A DNA stretch of 64,000 nucleotides from an uncultured archaeon (GTDB lineage Archaea > Aenigmatarchaeota > Aenigmatarchaeia > CG10238-14), in the NCBI GenBank assembly GCA_964347415.1, contig CAYFYJ010000022.1, positions 51,088 to 115,087 on the forward strand, in the 5' to 3' direction. The notes beneath the pieces are model-generated. The model did not search any database and was not told where the DNA came from. It worked only from the letters and a program-made list of their open reading frames with translations. Below, one piece after another: positions 38,888 to 48,480 of the stretch. Position numbers and translations under genes: made by a program. Numbering within the stretch: the stretch's first letter is position 1; every line of letters starts with the position of its first letter.

Positions 38888-40312
38888 TTGATAGAGATGA
38901 TTAGAAATAACAAAAAGAATATTGAACAAGAATCTGAGGACACTTATCTAGAGCTTGTTTTAAGCGAAAGACAGTTCAAAGCAGTTAAATACACTGGCTT
39001 TATTTTTCTTTTTATTGGTTTGTACCTTATCATGAACAGCATCGATATGTTTTCAAGCACAGTCATTGACCCGAATGCTGGTTTGGTACTCATTCTTATA
39101 ACAGGCCTACTCACTAGTGCCCATTGTGTCGGTATGTGTAGCGGATTTGTTGTTGCGTATTCAACAGGAGATTCAGAAACTAAGATTTCAAAAAAGACAC
39201 GCATGAGACAACATTTGCTCTACAACATTAGCAGGCTTGGTTCATATATATCCTTTGGGATTCTTGCAGGGTTAGTTGGCGCTCTTTTTATGATGACTGA
39301 ACAGATTCGTGGTTATTTATCAATTCTTGCAGGAGTGTTCATGATGTTATACGGTCTAAGCACTTTCTTCCCATGGCTGAGAAGAATTACAACGATCAGA
39401 ACACCGAGTTTAGTAAAATACACTAAAAATCGTGGGCCTGTTATTTTTGGTTTGTTAAACGGATTAATGCCATGCGGTCCTTTACAAGCAATGCTAATTT
39501 ACGCAGCTTCAACCGGTAGTGCATTTCAAGGCGGGTTAACTATGTTCATCTTTGGTATAGGTACCATACCACTGATGTTTGTCTTCGGTAATGCAATATC
39601 TTTTTTCTCTCATAACTTCACACGAAAAATTATGGGTATTTCTGCAATTGTAGTCATAGCCTTGGGTTTAGTTACCCTAGATCGTGGTTTACTCTTATCA
39701 GGATATAACTTGCCTATACCAAGTTTAACTTTATTTTCTCCAGTTGAAAGTAGAAGTCCGATTACAGGTGCTGCTGTGGCTGCTGGCGATTACCAAGAAA
39801 TTAATATGAAGGTTGATAGATACGGTTGGAACCCTGATACTTTTTATGTTAAAAAAGGAGTACCAGTAAAATGGAACATATATGTAGAAAAACTAACTTA
39901 TTGCTTCAAAGGAATTCGTTTACCAAAATATGATTTAAGAGCTGATTTTGCAAAAGAAGGAGAAAATGTTACATTACAATTCACACCAGAAGAAGAAGGA
40001 ACGATTTTGTTCACTTGTTGGATGGGTATGGCAAGGGGTGATATAATCGTGAAAGAAGATCTCACTCAAATCGAAGAGACAGATATAAAAAAAGAACCCG
40101 GGGTTGCTATACTGAAGGTAAGGGGTATGTGCTGTGCTGGCTGTGAAAGACGCATCGAGAGAAGACTTTTACAGATAGACGGTGTTAAGAATGCTGACGT
40201 GAGTTACGTAGAAAGGAAAGCAACTATTAATTTTGATCCAGCAAAGACGAGTGTAGAAGAGATAATTAGTGTTATAGAATCATCCGGAAGATATGATGCG
40301 GAGGAATTATGA
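38888..40312 (+). CDS. Fusion protein: polytopic membrane domain with paired-Cys motifs (DsbD/CcdA-like) + cupredoxin-like domain + HMA (MxCxxC) domain.
   Basis: TM region with …SAHCVGMCSG… and …LMPCGPLQ…. Cupredoxin-like …ILFTCWMGMARGDIIV…. C-terminal HMA …GMCCAGCE…. Confidence 0.55.
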   Translation: MIEMIRNNKKNIEQESEDTYLELVLSERQFKAVKYTGFIFLFIGLYLIMNSIDMFSSTVIDPNAGLVLILITGLLTSAHCVGMCSGFVVAYSTGDSETKISKKTRMRQHLLYNISRLGSYISFGILAGLVGALFMMTEQIRGYLSILAGVFMMLYGLSTFFPWLRRITTIRTPSLVKYTKNRGPVIFGLLNGLMPCGPLQAMLIYAASTGSAFQGGLTMFIFGIGTIPLMFVFGNAISFFSHNFTRKIMGISAIVVIALGLVTLDRGLLLSGYNLPIPSLTLFSPVESRSPITGAAVAAGDYQEINMKVDRYGWNPDTFYVKKGVPVKWNIYVEKLTYCFKGIRLPKYDLRADFAKEGENVTLQFTPEEEGTILFTCWMGMARGDIIVKEDLTQIEETDIKKEPGVAILKVRGMCCAGCERRIERRLLQIDGVKNADVSYVERKATINFDPAKTSVEEIISVIESSGRYDAEEL

Positions 40313-40322
40313 AGGTGATTGA

Positions 40323-40703
40323 ATGAAAAACAAAATAATCGTTTGTATGGTTTTGTTATTTTTAGTTGGTATTTCTTTGGGATCTTCAATTCTACCTCAA
40401 GACAGCAGATTTGAAGCAAAAAATTTTGAAGGAAAAAGAAATGAGATACTTTCGGAAATGGATTTAACTTTAAAAGAAGCAACAGAGTCAGGAAAGTATA
40501 AATGTTGTATTGATCCACCATGCAAAATGTGTTTCTTAGGCAACTGGATATGGGATGATGGAACATGTGATTGTGATACTCTAATCATTGAAGGAGATTT
40601 TGATAGGGTGTGTCCAGAATGCAAGTCAGGAATAAAAGAAGGAAGATGTCTATCTACAAAAACACTAAACAAGACTTGTCCTGTTATAAATGGGGGAAAT
40701 TAA
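40323..40703 (+). CDS. Small secreted Cys-rich protein (12 Cys).
   Basis: Signal peptide plus CC…C…C clusters (KCCIDPPCKMC…CDCD…CPEC). Confidence 0.4.
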   Translation: MKNKIIVCMVLLFLVGISLGSSILPQDSRFEAKNFEGKRNEILSEMDLTLKEATESGKYKCCIDPPCKMCFLGNWIWDDGTCDCDTLIIEGDFDRVCPECKSGIKEGRCLSTKTLNKTCPVINGGN

Positions 40704-40965
40704 AATGTCTGAAAATAAAAAAATGACAATAAAGACGAAAGGCATGCATTGCGTCAGTTGTGAACATATAATAAAAGAAACTATCCTAGATATAGATGGT
40801 GTAAAGAATGCTAAAGTAAACTACGTGACAGAAAAAGTTACAGTAGAATTTGATCCAGAAAAAACAAATATTAAAAATATCATGAAAGCTATAAAAAAGG
40901 TCGGATACGAACCAGAAGAGATAGATCAGAAAGAATCAAATGGATTTTTTAAGAAGTTATTCTGA
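40690..40965 (+). CDS. copZ: Copper chaperone CopZ (HMA domain).
   Basis: GMHCVSCE metal-binding motif in a 91-aa ferredoxin-like fold. Confidence 0.75.
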   Translation: MGEIKMSENKKMTIKTKGMHCVSCEHIIKETILDIDGVKNAKVNYVTEKVTVEFDPEKTNIKNIMKAIKKVGYEPEEIDQKESNGFFKKLF

Positions 40966-40983
40966 TAATTAATAGTTGAAAAC

Positions 40984-43142
40984 ATGAAGAAAAAATCTAC
41001 ATTAGTTATAAGTGGTATGCATTGTGCTAGCTGTGCGATTAACATAGAAAAATCGTTAAAAAAACAACAAGGAGTTTCAACAGCGATAGTCAATTTTTCA
41101 GCAGAAGAAGCTACAGTAGAATACGATCCAAAATTAATCGGTATAAAACAATTTAAAAAAATCGTGAATGATTTAGGATACAAAGCTTTAGAGCCAGACG
41201 AATTGAACGAAAGCGACAAAGAAATTAGAAAATTAAAATATTTTTCTATAATCGGCCTCATTCTAACCATACCTGTAGTTATTATCAGTATGTTTTTGGA
41301 AATATCCAATGAGAATTACATACTTTTAATCCTTACCACACCAATCCAGTTGATTGTTGGTTATCATTTCTATCGTGGATCATGGAATTCTTTAAAAAAT
41401 AAATTCATTAACATGGATTTTTTAGTTGTCTTGGGTACTAGTGCCGCATACTTCTATAGTCTTTTCACAACATTCTTTGGTGGTATTACTTTTTACGAGG
41501 CTTCTGCAACAGTGATAACCACGATTACTATCGGGAGACTGATGGAAATCATTTCTAGGGGTAAAACATCAGAAGCCATTAAGAAGTTGATGAAGTTACA
41601 GGCAAAAACTGCAAAAGTTATAAGAAATGGAAAGGAGGTTGAGATTCCAATAGAACACGTCAAAAAAGGAGATGTAGTAATAGTCAGACCTGGAGAAAGA
41701 ATACCAGTTGATGGAATCGTAATGGATGGTTATTCTTCAGTAGATGAATCGATGATAACGGGAGAAAGTATACCGATTGAAAAGAAAAAAGGAAACGAAG
41801 TGATCGGTGCTACTTTGAACAAAAACGGGATGTTGAAGATAAAAACGACAAAAATAGGAGCAGAAACAGCATTGGCTCAAATAATAAAAATGGTTAAAGA
41901 AGCGCAACAAACTAAAGCACCAATCCAGAAGATAGCAGATATGGTCGTTTCTTATTTTGTTCCAGTAGTCATGTTAATAGCCATATCATCATTCTTATTC
42001 TGGTACTTATTCATGGGTCAACAATTCTTCTTTGCGTTGACCATCATGGTGAGTATCCTAGTGGTTGCTTGTCCTTGTGCAATGGGTATAGCTACACCTA
42101 CTGCCGTGATGGTTGGTTTAGGGAAAGGAGCAGAGAACGGAATTCTTATAAAAAGTGGGGAATACTTGGAAAAGGCCCAGAGACTCGATACGATTGTGTT
42201 CGATAAAACCAAGACATTAACAAAAGGAGAACCGGAAGTTACTGATATAATCCCTTTCTATAAAGACAAAAAGAAACTGTTAATATTAGCCGCAATAGCT
42301 GAAAAAAATTCTGAACATCCTCTCGGAGGGCCATCATCAAGAAAGCTCTGGAACAAAAAATCAAGACACCAGAACCTAAACGTTTTCAAATTATACCAGG
42401 AAAGGGCGTTGTTACAAAATACTTAAACAGGAGATTACTCGTCGGAAACAGAAAGTTGATGAAAGATCACAAAATTGAAATGAAGTTTGCAGAAGAAAAG
42501 ATGAAAGCTCTAGAAGAGGATGGGAAGACTGTAGTCGTTGTTGCGTTCAACAACAAGACCGTTGGAATAATCGGCATTGCGGACACGCTCAAAGAGTACT
42601 CCAAAGAAGCTGTTAAACAACTGAAAAAGATGAATTTATCTATAATCATGATTACAGGCGATAATGAAAGAACTGCAAAAGCTATAGCTAAGCAAGTTAG
42701 CATTGATGAAGTGATGGCAGATGTATTGCCGCAAGATAAAGCTAAAAAAGTGAAAGAATTACAGAGCCAAGGTAAATTCGTAGGAATGGTCGGGGATGGT
42801 ATAAATGACGCCCCTGCTTTAGCACAAGCTGACATCGGCATAGCGATTGGAAGTGGAACTGATGTAGCAATAGAAACTGGTGATATCGTTCTGATAAAAG
42901 AGGATTTGAGGGATGTTGTCACATCAATAAAATTGAGTAAAAAAACTTTGAGTAAGATAAAACAGAATTTATTCTGGGCTTTCTTCTATAACACAGCGAT
43001 GATTCCAATAGCTGCTGGTATTTTTTATCCATTCTTTAATATTTTATTGTCCCCAATGGCCGCAGGGATAGCAATGGTTTTTAGTGATATTTCTGTCATA
43101 GGAAATTCTTTGTTACTAAAAAGGTTTAAACCGACTGTTTAG
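40984..43142 (+). pseudogene. copA: Cu+-transporting P-type ATPase CopA, disrupted. A frameshift near 42327-42331 splits it into ORFs 40984..42426 and 42456..43142, and it carries DKTKT in place of DKTGT.
   Basis: N-terminal HMA (GMHCASCA), CPC (VACPCAMG) and TGES are present. The phosphorylation motif reads FDKTKTLT (42202-42216). After …SEHPLGG the frame shifts; the +1 frame reads [10 protein letters not shown]…, matching the paralog. The C-terminal half ([10 protein letters not shown]) is in a separate ORF. Confidence 0.7.
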
Positions 43143-43554
43143 ATAGTGCTTCTTTTATTAACTGTTTTGGTGGATATGGATATTGTTTGCCCTTATAAAA
43201 ATAGATTCTACATCCACATTTACATTCTTGTTTGACAAATTCTGTTGTTTCTTTGGTTTGTTCAGCAAGTTCTTCACACGGTAAACATTGACCTTTGCTA
43301 ACTTCCTCCTGTATATCCTTTCCATTTATTCTGACGGTTGGTGAGCCTACAAATTTATACTTCTTTACCTTTTCATCTGTATCGATTAAAATTTCTTCTA
43401 CTTCAGCCTTTATTTTAAGTTCTCCTAAACTCTTTTTTATTAACTCCTTGGTTTTTACACACCAAGGACAGTCCATTATATACAAAATCTCGATTCTCAT
43501 CTCCAAAACCTCAACTTCTTCTTTAACATGTCCCTGAAATAACATCTTCTGCAA
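43126..43554 (-). CDS. Thioredoxin/glutaredoxin-fold protein with CPWC and a C-terminal Cys cluster.
   Basis: …YIMDCPWCVK… and …CLPCEEL…CKCGC…. Probable start at the internal Met MRIEILYI. Confidence 0.5.
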   Translation of the reverse strand: MQKMLFQGHVKEEVEVLEMRIEILYIMDCPWCVKTKELIKKSLGELKIKAEVEEILIDTDEKVKKYKFVGSPTVRINGKDIQEEVSKGQCLPCEELAEQTKETTEFVKQECKCGCRIYFYKGKQYPYPPKQLIKEALSKQSV

Positions 43555-43885
43555 ATGTATTTTCTTTTAGGACTATGTTTTGGAATTTTAATGTTTCTTC
43601 CACAAAGATAACAATTCGCCATGATATTATTGCCGCTTCCGATAAACTTAAATATCTTCTTTCAGAAAAAGAAATTGTTCAAGGCGGATCGGAATGGTCG
43701 GTGAACTAGTTTGCACCAAAGCTGATTAAATCAGCGCTTTCTTCTAGTCCTAAAACTTGTCAACAACTCCTTAAAATAACCAAACTCCCTGAAAGAACTT
43801 TAAGATATAACCTTGCAATTCTGAAGAGAAGAGGTTTTGTTAAAGAGATTTTTCTCTTATCCGACACAAGAAAGAAGGTATTTCT

Positions 43886-45280
43886 ATGGAAATAGCATTG
43901 ATTGATCTGAAGGATTTGAGAGAACATGAAGAGGTAGAACCAGTTTATCTCGAAAAATTAAAAAATCAAATACTCAAAGATGGAGCTATTAAGAGACCAA
44001 TAATAGTGGATAAAAACAGTAATATTATTCTTGATGGTCATTTCAGATTTAATTCTTTGAAGCAACTGGGTTTTTCAAAAATTCCTGCTTATCTGGTTGA
44101 TTATAATTCATCTGAAATTTTAGTAAAATCCTGGAATGGGGATGTAATAACTAAAGAGGATGTCATAGCAGCTGGTTTGACAGGGAGAAAGTTTCCACCG
44201 AAAACATCCAAACACATGATTGATTTGATTGATCACGAAATTCACATATCAAGAATTATGAAAAAAGTTAAAATCTCACTCAAAGAACTAGAACCTAATG
44301 GCAGTTTATTAAAAGTCGCAAATAGCGTTTTAGATCTAATCGGAAACACGCCTTTAGTTAGATTAAACAAGATAACGAAAGACATCGATGCAACAGTTTT
44401 AGTCAAACTGGAATATTTTAACCCTGGTGGAAGCATAAAGGACAGAATTGGAATTTCGATGATTGAGGATGCGGAAAGAAAAGGATTGTTAAGGCCCGGT
44501 GGGACTATAGTTGAACCTACTTCTGGCAATACTGGTATGGGATTGGCTTTAGTTGCTGCGATAAAGGGATACAAGATGATTTTTACTATACCTGACAAGA
44601 TGAGTCAAGAAAAAATCAAGTTATTGAAGGCATTCGGCGCTAAAGTCATAATCACACCAACAGCCGTATCCCCAGGTGACCCTAAAAGTTATTACAAAGT
44701 GGCTGAAAGAATTGTGAAAGAGACACCGAATTCGTTTTCTCCAAATCAATATTTTAATCCTAAAAATCCAGAAGCACATTACCGAACTACTGGACCAGAA
44801 ATATGGGAACAAACAGATGGAAATATTGACGTTCTCGTAGCAGGAATGGGAACAGGTGGAACGATAACTGGGGCTGGTAGGTTCTTGAAAGAAAAAAATT
44901 CTAATGTGAAGATTGTTGGCGTGGATGCCGCTGGTTCGATCTTTCATCACGAATTCTATGGAACTAAAGGTAAAATTCATACATACAAAGTCGAAGGGAT
45001 TGGAGAAGACTTCATTCCCGGAACCATAGACCTTGGTATAATCGATGAAATAATAAAAGTAAATGATAAAGAAGCATTTTTAATGACTAGACGTCTAGCC
45101 AGAGAAGAAGGACTATTAGTTGGAGGTTCCTCTGGTGCTGCCGTTTTTGCTGCACTAAAAGTAGCTAAAGGTTTAGATGAAGATAAAACAGTAGTTGTTA
45201 TGTTACCTGATACTGGTAGAAATTATATGAATAAAATCTTCTCAGATGATTGGCTGAAAGAAAACAAATTTTTGAATTAA
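43886..45280 (+). CDS. Fusion: ParB/sulfiredoxin-like N-terminal domain + cysteine synthase/cystathionine beta-synthase (PLP fold type II).
   Basis: N-terminal …IILDGHFRFNSLKQLG… (DGHxR ParB/Srx motif). C-terminal …KLEYFNPGGSIKDR… and …TSGNTGMG… CysK/CBS motifs. Confidence 0.65.
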   Translation: MEIALIDLKDLREHEEVEPVYLEKLKNQILKDGAIKRPIIVDKNSNIILDGHFRFNSLKQLGFSKIPAYLVDYNSSEILVKSWNGDVITKEDVIAAGLTGRKFPPKTSKHMIDLIDHEIHISRIMKKVKISLKELEPNGSLLKVANSVLDLIGNTPLVRLNKITKDIDATVLVKLEYFNPGGSIKDRIGISMIEDAERKGLLRPGGTIVEPTSGNTGMGLALVAAIKGYKMIFTIPDKMSQEKIKLLKAFGAKVIITPTAVSPGDPKSYYKVAERIVKETPNSFSPNQYFNPKNPEAHYRTTGPEIWEQTDGNIDVLVAGMGTGGTITGAGRFLKEKNSNVKIVGVDAAGSIFHHEFYGTKGKIHTYKVEGIGEDFIPGTIDLGIIDEIIKVNDKEAFLMTRRLAREEGLLVGGSSGAAVFAALKVAKGLDEDKTVVVMLPDTGRNYMNKIFSDDWLKENKFLN

Positions 45281-45288
45281 GTGATTGT

Positions 45289-46467
45289 ATGAAACTTGCA
45301 ACAAAGACAATTCATGTGGGTGAAGAACCCAATTTAAAAGAAGGGGGAAGCGGTGATGTTGTCATACCAATACATCTTTCATCAACATTCGCAAGAAAGG
45401 AAGTCGATAAACCCACTGGAAGTTATGAATATTCAAGAACCGGAAACCCAACAAGATATGCATTAGAAAAAAGATTGGCTGCTCTTGAGAATGCAAAATT
45501 TAGTTTAGCCTTTGCCTCTGGATTAGCAGCCGAGACGACTGTTGTTTTATCCTGCCTCAAATCTGGAGACCATATAATCGCTTTTGATGATTTGTATGGG
45601 GGAACTCCTAGATTGTTCAATAAAATTTTTGCTTCTAATTTTAATTTGAAATTCACTTATGTAGATGCAAGAGACCCTAGGAACGTAGAAGGTGCAATCA
45701 AAGATAATACAAAAATGATATGGCTTGAATCCCCGACTAACCCATTGATGAAACTATGTGATATTAAAGCAATAACTAAAATTGCTAGAGAGAGAAACAT
45801 CATAACAGTCGTAGACAATACTTTCATGAGCCCTTACTTCCAGAAACCTTTAGATCTAGGTGCTGATATTTCACTTTATAGCACTACCAAATATCATGGG
45901 GGTCACAGTGATGTAATTGGTGGTGCGATAATAACATCAAACGATAAATTATATGGATCACTCGAACAATCTGGATCACTAAGGTATAATCAGAACGCGG
46001 CAGGTATGGTACCTTCTCCATTTGATTGCTGGTTGGTTTTAAGGGGGATAAAAACTTTAGCTGTAAGAATGGAGAGACATAATTATAATGCTCAAAAAAT
46101 AGCGGAATTTTTAGAATCCCACCCGAAAGTTAAAAAAGTAAACTATCCAGGGTTGAAGAGTCATCCCCAACATGAATTGGCAAATAGGCAGATGACAGGT
46201 TTTGGGGGCATGCTTTCGTTTGAAATTGATGGTGGTTTGAATGATGCTAAAGAATTCTTGAAGAACTTAGAAATATTTGCAGTCGCAGAAAGTTTAGGTG
46301 GTGTGGAATCGTTAATCGAGCACCCAGCTTTAATGACGCATGCTAGCAAATCAAGGGAAGAAAGGGAAAAGATTGGAATATTAGATACTTTAATAAGGAT
46401 GTCTGTCGGAATAGAGGATGCAGAAGATTTGACTGCAGATTTAAAACAAGCATTAAAAAAAGTATAA
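45289..46467 (+). CDS. Cystathionine gamma-lyase/gamma-synthase family PLP enzyme.
   Basis: The PLP-lysine region (…YSTTKYHGGHSDV…) is typical of CGL/CGS/MetC. Start taken at MKLATKTIHVG. Confidence 0.8.
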   Translation: MKLATKTIHVGEEPNLKEGGSGDVVIPIHLSSTFARKEVDKPTGSYEYSRTGNPTRYALEKRLAALENAKFSLAFASGLAAETTVVLSCLKSGDHIIAFDDLYGGTPRLFNKIFASNFNLKFTYVDARDPRNVEGAIKDNTKMIWLESPTNPLMKLCDIKAITKIARERNIITVVDNTFMSPYFQKPLDLGADISLYSTTKYHGGHSDVIGGAIITSNDKLYGSLEQSGSLRYNQNAAGMVPSPFDCWLVLRGIKTLAVRMERHNYNAQKIAEFLESHPKVKKVNYPGLKSHPQHELANRQMTGFGGMLSFEIDGGLNDAKEFLKNLEIFAVAESLGGVESLIEHPALMTHASKSREEREKIGILDTLIRMSVGIEDAEDLTADLKQALKKV

Positions 46468-46495
46468 ATGGTGGGATAAAGGATAAATTTATTAG

Positions 46496-46597
46496 GCTGA
46501 CGTGGCAGAACGGCTATGCGACCGGCTGCAGAACTGGTATGCTGATCAGATGATGTGTTGATACCGGTTTAAGCGAGTTCAACTCTCGCCGTCAGCT
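46496..46597 (+). tRNA. tRNA-Cys (anticodon GCA) with an approximately 31-nt intron at the canonical 37/38 site.
   Basis: Acceptor GCUGACG/CGUCAGC with discriminator U73. Anticodon stem ACCGG/CCGGU, loop CUGCAG interrupted by the intron. T-arm GCGAGUUCAACUCUCGC. Confidence 0.6.
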
Positions 46598-46610
46598 TTT
46601 CGGTGAAAGA

Positions 46611-47012
46611 ATGAAGAAAATTTTTAAAGTTGCATTGGCTTTAATCAGAGACAATAAAGTATTGATGGCAAAAAACTATTATACCGACAAATACTATATC
46701 CCAGGTGGAACAATCGAGAAGAATGAGACTGACGAAGAAACGTTAGTCAGAGAAATTAAAGAAGAACTCAGTGTCGATATAATCAAAGATTCGATTAATT
46801 ACATTGGGACTTACGAGGATGTAGCAACAACTCATCCCGATTCCATAGTTCAGATAAAACTATATCTTGGCGAGGTATTAGGAGAATTGAAACCAGATAG
46901 TGAAGTTGAAAAACTAGAATGGTTTGGAAAGGATGACGATTGGGAAATATTAGGATCTGTTGCTAAAACTAAGATCATGCCAGCATTGGTTCAAAATGGT
47001 TTAATAAGATGA
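46611..47012 (+). CDS. NUDIX hydrolase.
   Basis: Nudix box GGTIEKNETDEETLVREIKEEL. Confidence 0.65.
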   Translation: MKKIFKVALALIRDNKVLMAKNYYTDKYYIPGGTIEKNETDEETLVREIKEELSVDIIKDSINYIGTYEDVATTHPDSIVQIKLYLGEVLGELKPDSEVEKLEWFGKDDDWEILGSVAKTKIMPALVQNGLIR

Positions 47013-47016
47013 TTCT

Positions 47017-48438
47017 ATGGTTTTGAAACTGTTCAACACAATGTCGAGAAAAAAGGAAGTGTTCAAACCCCTAGATAACAAAAAAGTCAAAATGTTCGTG
47101 TGTGGAGTAACAGAATACGATTACGTCCATTTAGGACACGCCAGAACATATGCATTCTACGATACCCTAGTTAGATATTTGAGATACTTAGGCTACAAGG
47201 TCACTTACCTCCAGAATATTACTGATGTCGGGCATCTGTTGGAGACCGGTGAGGATAAGATCATAAAGAAAGCAAAAGAAGAAAGAAAGGATCCAATGGA
47301 AATTGTTGAATTCTTCATGAAACACCATCTCATGATTTTTGAAAAGATCAGATTCTTGAGACCTGATTTATTAAAGAGGGCGACTCGTCACATAAAAGAG
47401 ATAATAGAACAAGTCCAGACTCTGATAAAGAAAGGATATGCCTATGAAGCGAATGGTTCTGTTTATTTTGAGGTATCCAAATTCAAGGATTATGGTAGAC
47501 TATCCAGTAAAGTTCCTAAAAAATTGATAGTGGGAGCGAGAGTCCAGATTAACCCTGACAAGAGGGATCCCCGTGATTTTGCGCTATGGATTAGAGCTCC
47601 ACCTGAACACATTTTGAAATGGAAATCACCTTGGAGCATAGGTTATCCTGGTTGGCATATTGAGGATACGGCAATTGCAATGAAATATTTTGGTTCACAG
47701 TATGATATTCATGGTGGGGCAATAGAACTGGCATTCCCACACCATGAAGCTGAGATTGCTCAAGCTGAAGCCACGACAGGAATAAAACCTTACGTTAAGT
47801 ATTGGGTCCACACTGGGTTGTTGACGATAAACAAAATAAAGATGGCCAAATCCCTTGGAAACTTTATCAAACTCGTCGATGCTTTGGATAAGGATGATCC
47901 TGAGACGTTGAGACTGTGGATGGCTTCAGCTCATTACCGTAAACCATTGGACTACAATGACACGGATTTGGAAGTGGCTAAGAAAAAAGTTGAGAAGATA
48001 GTTACGACTCTAGAAAAAATTAAAAATAATTTGAAGAAGGCTAAAAATGCTAAACCAGTGTTTGTTCCAAAGATAGAAAAAATGAGAAAAAAATTCTTTG
48101 AAGCAATGGATGATGACATGAATACTTCTCTGGCATTGACTAATTTCTTCGGAGTTATTTCACTCGTCAACAAACAAATCGAGAAGAAAAAATTCTCTAA
48201 AAAAGATTTGACTTATGCTGAAAAAATAATACATGAATTGGGTCAATTCTTCCAGATTATCCCGGAAATTAAAAAAGAAAAATTACCTGGTAATATTAAG
48301 AAAATGATTGATGAAAGAGAAAAAGCGAGAAAGAAAAAAGATTGGAAGGTTGCTGATGCCATTCGGGTTGAGTTGAAAAAAAGGGGAATAGTCCTTGAAG
48401 ATACTCCTGACGGCGTTAAGTGGAAAGTTAAGAAATGA
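47017..48438 (+). CDS. cysS: Cysteinyl-tRNA synthetase.
   Basis: HLGHARTY (HIGH) and KMAKSLGN (KMSKS), class I fold. Confidence 0.85.
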   Translation: MVLKLFNTMSRKKEVFKPLDNKKVKMFVCGVTEYDYVHLGHARTYAFYDTLVRYLRYLGYKVTYLQNITDVGHLLETGEDKIIKKAKEERKDPMEIVEFFMKHHLMIFEKIRFLRPDLLKRATRHIKEIIEQVQTLIKKGYAYEANGSVYFEVSKFKDYGRLSSKVPKKLIVGARVQINPDKRDPRDFALWIRAPPEHILKWKSPWSIGYPGWHIEDTAIAMKYFGSQYDIHGGAIELAFPHHEAEIAQAEATTGIKPYVKYWVHTGLLTINKIKMAKSLGNFIKLVDALDKDDPETLRLWMASAHYRKPLDYNDTDLEVAKKKVEKIVTTLEKIKNNLKKAKNAKPVFVPKIEKMRKKFFEAMDDDMNTSLALTNFFGVISLVNKQIEKKKFSKKDLTYAEKIIHELGQFFQIIPEIKKEKLPGNIKKMIDEREKARKKKDWKVADAIRVELKKRGIVLEDTPDGVKWKVKK

Positions 48439-48480
48439 AAATTAGTTAAGTATTTAAGTATTACTATAAAACTCACCATC

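Noticed and set aside
42300-42460. A programmed ribosomal frameshift in CopA.
   Set aside because: There is no slippery heptamer. The phosphorylation motif is also altered (DKTKT) and an intact paralog exists. A pseudogene or sequencing indel is more parsimonious.
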